From: Anaerolineae bacterium
Lineage (GTDB): Bacteria > Chloroflexota > Anaerolineae > CG2-30-64-16
Reading direction: 5' to 3'
Length of the DNA: 64,000 nucleotides
Assembly (NCBI GenBank): GCA_034434235.1
Contig: DAOTZV010000129.1
Coordinates: 24,284-88,283 of the forward strand
Below are positions 61,467 through 64,000 of this stretch, one piece after another. The notes beneath the pieces are model-generated. The model was given only the letters and a program-made list of their open reading frames with translations, searched no databases and had not been told where the DNA came from. The number at the start of each line of letters is the position of its first letter. Positions within the stretch are counted from its first letter, which is position 1. Position numbers and translations under genes: made by a program.

Positions 61467-63337
61467 GGTGCACTCCTTGGGGAGTAGATATTGGGGTATT
61501 GGATCTTGGACGCGGTCGGTTCCGCGAAACCCATCGTGTACAGGTGGTAATATGCCCCGCGGCGCGCCAGCAGCTCCTGATGCGTCCCCTGCTCGATGAT
61601 CCGACCATGGGCGAGCACCACGATCTGGTCGGCGCGGACGATGGTGCTGAGGCGGTGCGCGATGACGAACGCGGTGCGCCCCTCCAGCAGGCGATCCATC
61701 GCCTCCTGAATGACCTTCTCGGTCTGCGTGTCAATGCTCGACGTGGCCTCGTCGAGCACGAGGATGCGCGGGTCGGCCAGGAGCGCGCGGGCGAACGCCA
61801 GCAGTTGTCGCTGGCCCACCGACAGGCTGGCGCCCCCCTCCTCCACCATCGTCTGGTAGCCGAAGGGCAGCGCCTCGATGAACTCGTGCGCGCCGATCGC
61901 CCGCGCGGCCGCGACGATCTCATCGTCGCTCGCGTCGAGCCGGCCGTAGCGAATGTTGTCGGCTACGGTGCCGCGGAAGAGGAACGTCTCCTGGAGCACG
62001 ATCCCCATCTGCCGGCGCAAAGAGGAGAGCTCCACGTCGCGCACGTCATAGCCGTCAATGCGCACGCTGCCGGCCTTCACGTCATACGAACGGTTCAGCA
62101 GCTTGACCAGCGTGCTCTTGCCCGAACCGGTCGCGCCGACCAGGGCGATGAGCTGGCCGGGCCGCACGTGCAGATTGATGTCGTGCAGAACGGGAAGATC
62201 GGGTTCGTAGTGGAAATACACGTGATCGTAGATCACCTCGCCCCGGATCGGCGGCATCTCCGGCGCGCCGGGCTTGCTCTCGATCTCGATCGGCCGATCG
62301 AGCAGGCCGAAGATGCGCTCGCCGGCCGTCATCGCCTGTTGCAGCGTGTTGTAGCGCTCGGCCAGATCGCGAATCGGGTCGAAGAAGCGACCGATGTACA
62401 TCACGAACGCCACGAGCACGCCGGGGGTGAAGACGCTACCGCCCACGGCCAGCGCGCCGCCGAAGCCGATCACCAGCGCCACCGCCAGCGTGCCGAGGAA
62501 ATCCACGGCCGGGAAAAACATGGCCGAGAGCCGCGCCGCGCGCTGTTGCGCCCGGTTGAAGCGATAGTTGATCTGGTTGACGAACTTCTCCAGGTTCAGC
62601 TTCTCCCGCGTGAACGCCTGCACCACGCGCACGCCCTGGATGTTCTCCTCGATGTAGCCCAGCATCCGTCCGTTGTAATAGCGCACGCGACGCCAGTTGT
62701 CGCGTGCCCGCGCCCGCCACATGGCCGTCAACAGCGCCATGATCGGCAGCACCGCGAAGGTGATGAGCGACAGCCGCCAGTCCAGCGCCAGCATCACGAT
62801 CACGATCCCGATCAACGTGAAGAGGTCGGACGCAGTGCCGACGATGGCCCAGGTGACCAGCTCCTGCAGCGCGTTGATGTCGGAGGTCATGCGCGACATC
62901 AGGATGCCGACGTCGGCCTTGTCGAAGAAGCTCATGGACTGGCGCTGGAACTTCTCGAACAGGTCGCGGCGCACGCCGTAGATGCTGGACTGTCCGGCCT
63001 CGGCCACGGCCGCCACCTGGGCCGCACGCGCGATCCAGCCGACCAGTTGTGCCAGGAGGAAGACGGCGATCAGCCCGCGGAGCAGTCCCATGTCGCCGGC
63101 CGGGATGGCGTTGTCGAGGGTCAGCTTGATGATGTAGGGGCCGGCGAGAGATGTGGCCGTGATGACGCCCATCAGCAGCAGCGCGATGAGCATCTGCCGG
63201 CCGTAGGGCCGCACGTAGCGGAACAGCCGGCCGACGATGCGGCGGTCGTAGCCCCGAAACTGGAGGTCTTCGGGGAGGTCGAATTCGACCTGGCCTTCCT
63301 TGAAGAGGCTGCGGAAACGTTGGATGAGCGCGGCCAT
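61463..63337 (-). CDS. ABC exporter, fused permease plus ATP-binding domains (type I exporter; second subunit of a likely heterodimer)
   Basis: Six-TM domain, then Walker A GATGSGKST, signature LSVGQRQLLAFARAL and Walker B ILVLDEATSSID; start at MAALIQRF. Confidence 0.85.
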   Translation of the reverse strand: MAALIQRFRSLFKEGQVEFDLPEDLQFRGYDRRIVGRLFRYVRPYGRQMLIALLLMGVITATSLAGPYIIKLTLDNAIPAGDMGLLRGLIAVFLLAQLVGWIARAAQVAAVAEAGQSSIYGVRRDLFEKFQRQSMSFFDKADVGILMSRMTSDINALQELVTWAIVGTASDLFTLIGIVIVMLALDWRLSLITFAVLPIMALLTAMWRARARDNWRRVRYYNGRMLGYIEENIQGVRVVQAFTREKLNLEKFVNQINYRFNRAQQRAARLSAMFFPAVDFLGTLAVALVIGFGGALAVGGSVFTPGVLVAFVMYIGRFFDPIRDLAERYNTLQQAMTAGERIFGLLDRPIEIESKPGAPEMPPIRGEVIYDHVYFHYEPDLPVLHDINLHVRPGQLIALVGATGSGKSTLVKLLNRSYDVKAGSVRIDGYDVRDVELSSLRRQMGIVLQETFLFRGTVADNIRYGRLDASDDEIVAAARAIGAHEFIEALPFGYQTMVEEGGASLSVGQRQLLAFARALLADPRILVLDEATSSIDTQTEKVIQEAMDRLLEGRTAFVIAHRLSTIVRADQIVVLAHGRIIEQGTHQELLARRGAYYHLYTMGFAEPTASKIQYPNIYSPRSAP

Positions 63338-63338
63338 G

Positions 63339-64000
<662 letters not shown>

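Overview
This 64 kb window is very high-GC (about 68-70 %) bacterial chromosome, with gene content and style suggesting Chloroflexota. I could not verify the taxon and saw no rRNA or tRNA genes. Coordinates I derived by counting residues may be off by 1-2 nt; ORF-track coordinates were trusted.

Housekeeping and core genes:
- The 5' end carries an MDR alcohol dehydrogenase 3' fragment, an FmdB zinc ribbon, a D-Ala-D-Ala carboxypeptidase, an unusual single-ORF RluB-Cmk fusion, plsC and glmS.
- A complete five-gene oligopeptide/dipeptide ABC operon (oppABCDF) lies on the minus strand.
- A secreted-protein block follows: a DUF362 protein with a TAT signal, a large S8 subtilase with a Pro/Thr linker and two malectin-like domains, a secreted protein with carboxypeptidase-regulatory-like domains, a 13-repeat beta-propeller-like secreted protein, and a DUF1343 (NamZ-like) protein.
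- Next come a ModE-like regulator and a tungsten aldehyde:ferredoxin oxidoreductase with a structured leader, then a cluster of an ACC-deaminase/D-Cys desulfhydrase-family enzyme, a DUF1015-like protein, a SerA-like dehydrogenase and a class V aminotransferase.
- Further on are a GH38 alpha-mannosidase, an SLC13/TrkA-C permease, an intact PMT/GT39-like glycosyltransferase and a tandem frameshifted GT39 paralog.
- A lower-GC accessory islet holds a sulfatase remnant, a DUF2442/DUF4160 pair and a VapB antitoxin with a truncated VapC.
- A sugar/polyol catabolic island holds three xylose-isomerase-like TIM-barrel proteins, a GarR-like reductase, a polysaccharide deacetylase, a transaldolase, a UroD-family protein, a large FtsX permease, two Gfo/Idh/MocA oxidoreductases and a coenzyme-B12 diol/glycerol dehydratase whose large and medium subunits are fused.
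- Two ABC exporter genes close the window.

The most unusual signals are non-genic:
- Short palindromic G/C-run elements (C7-AANNTT-G6) sit in frame inside two protein-coding genes, and another palindrome sits inside the dehydratase gene.
- Tandem heptamer (ACGTTTN)n arrays fill the 5' leaders of two sugar-metabolism genes, and an octamer (GACTACTC)n array directly abuts the dehydratase start codon.
- Two families of conserved intergenic palindromic hairpins recur, one at gene boundaries and one downstream of gene 3' ends.
- A four-hairpin array precedes the repeat-protein gene.

No CRISPR array, restriction-modification system, phage or transposase genes were recognised.
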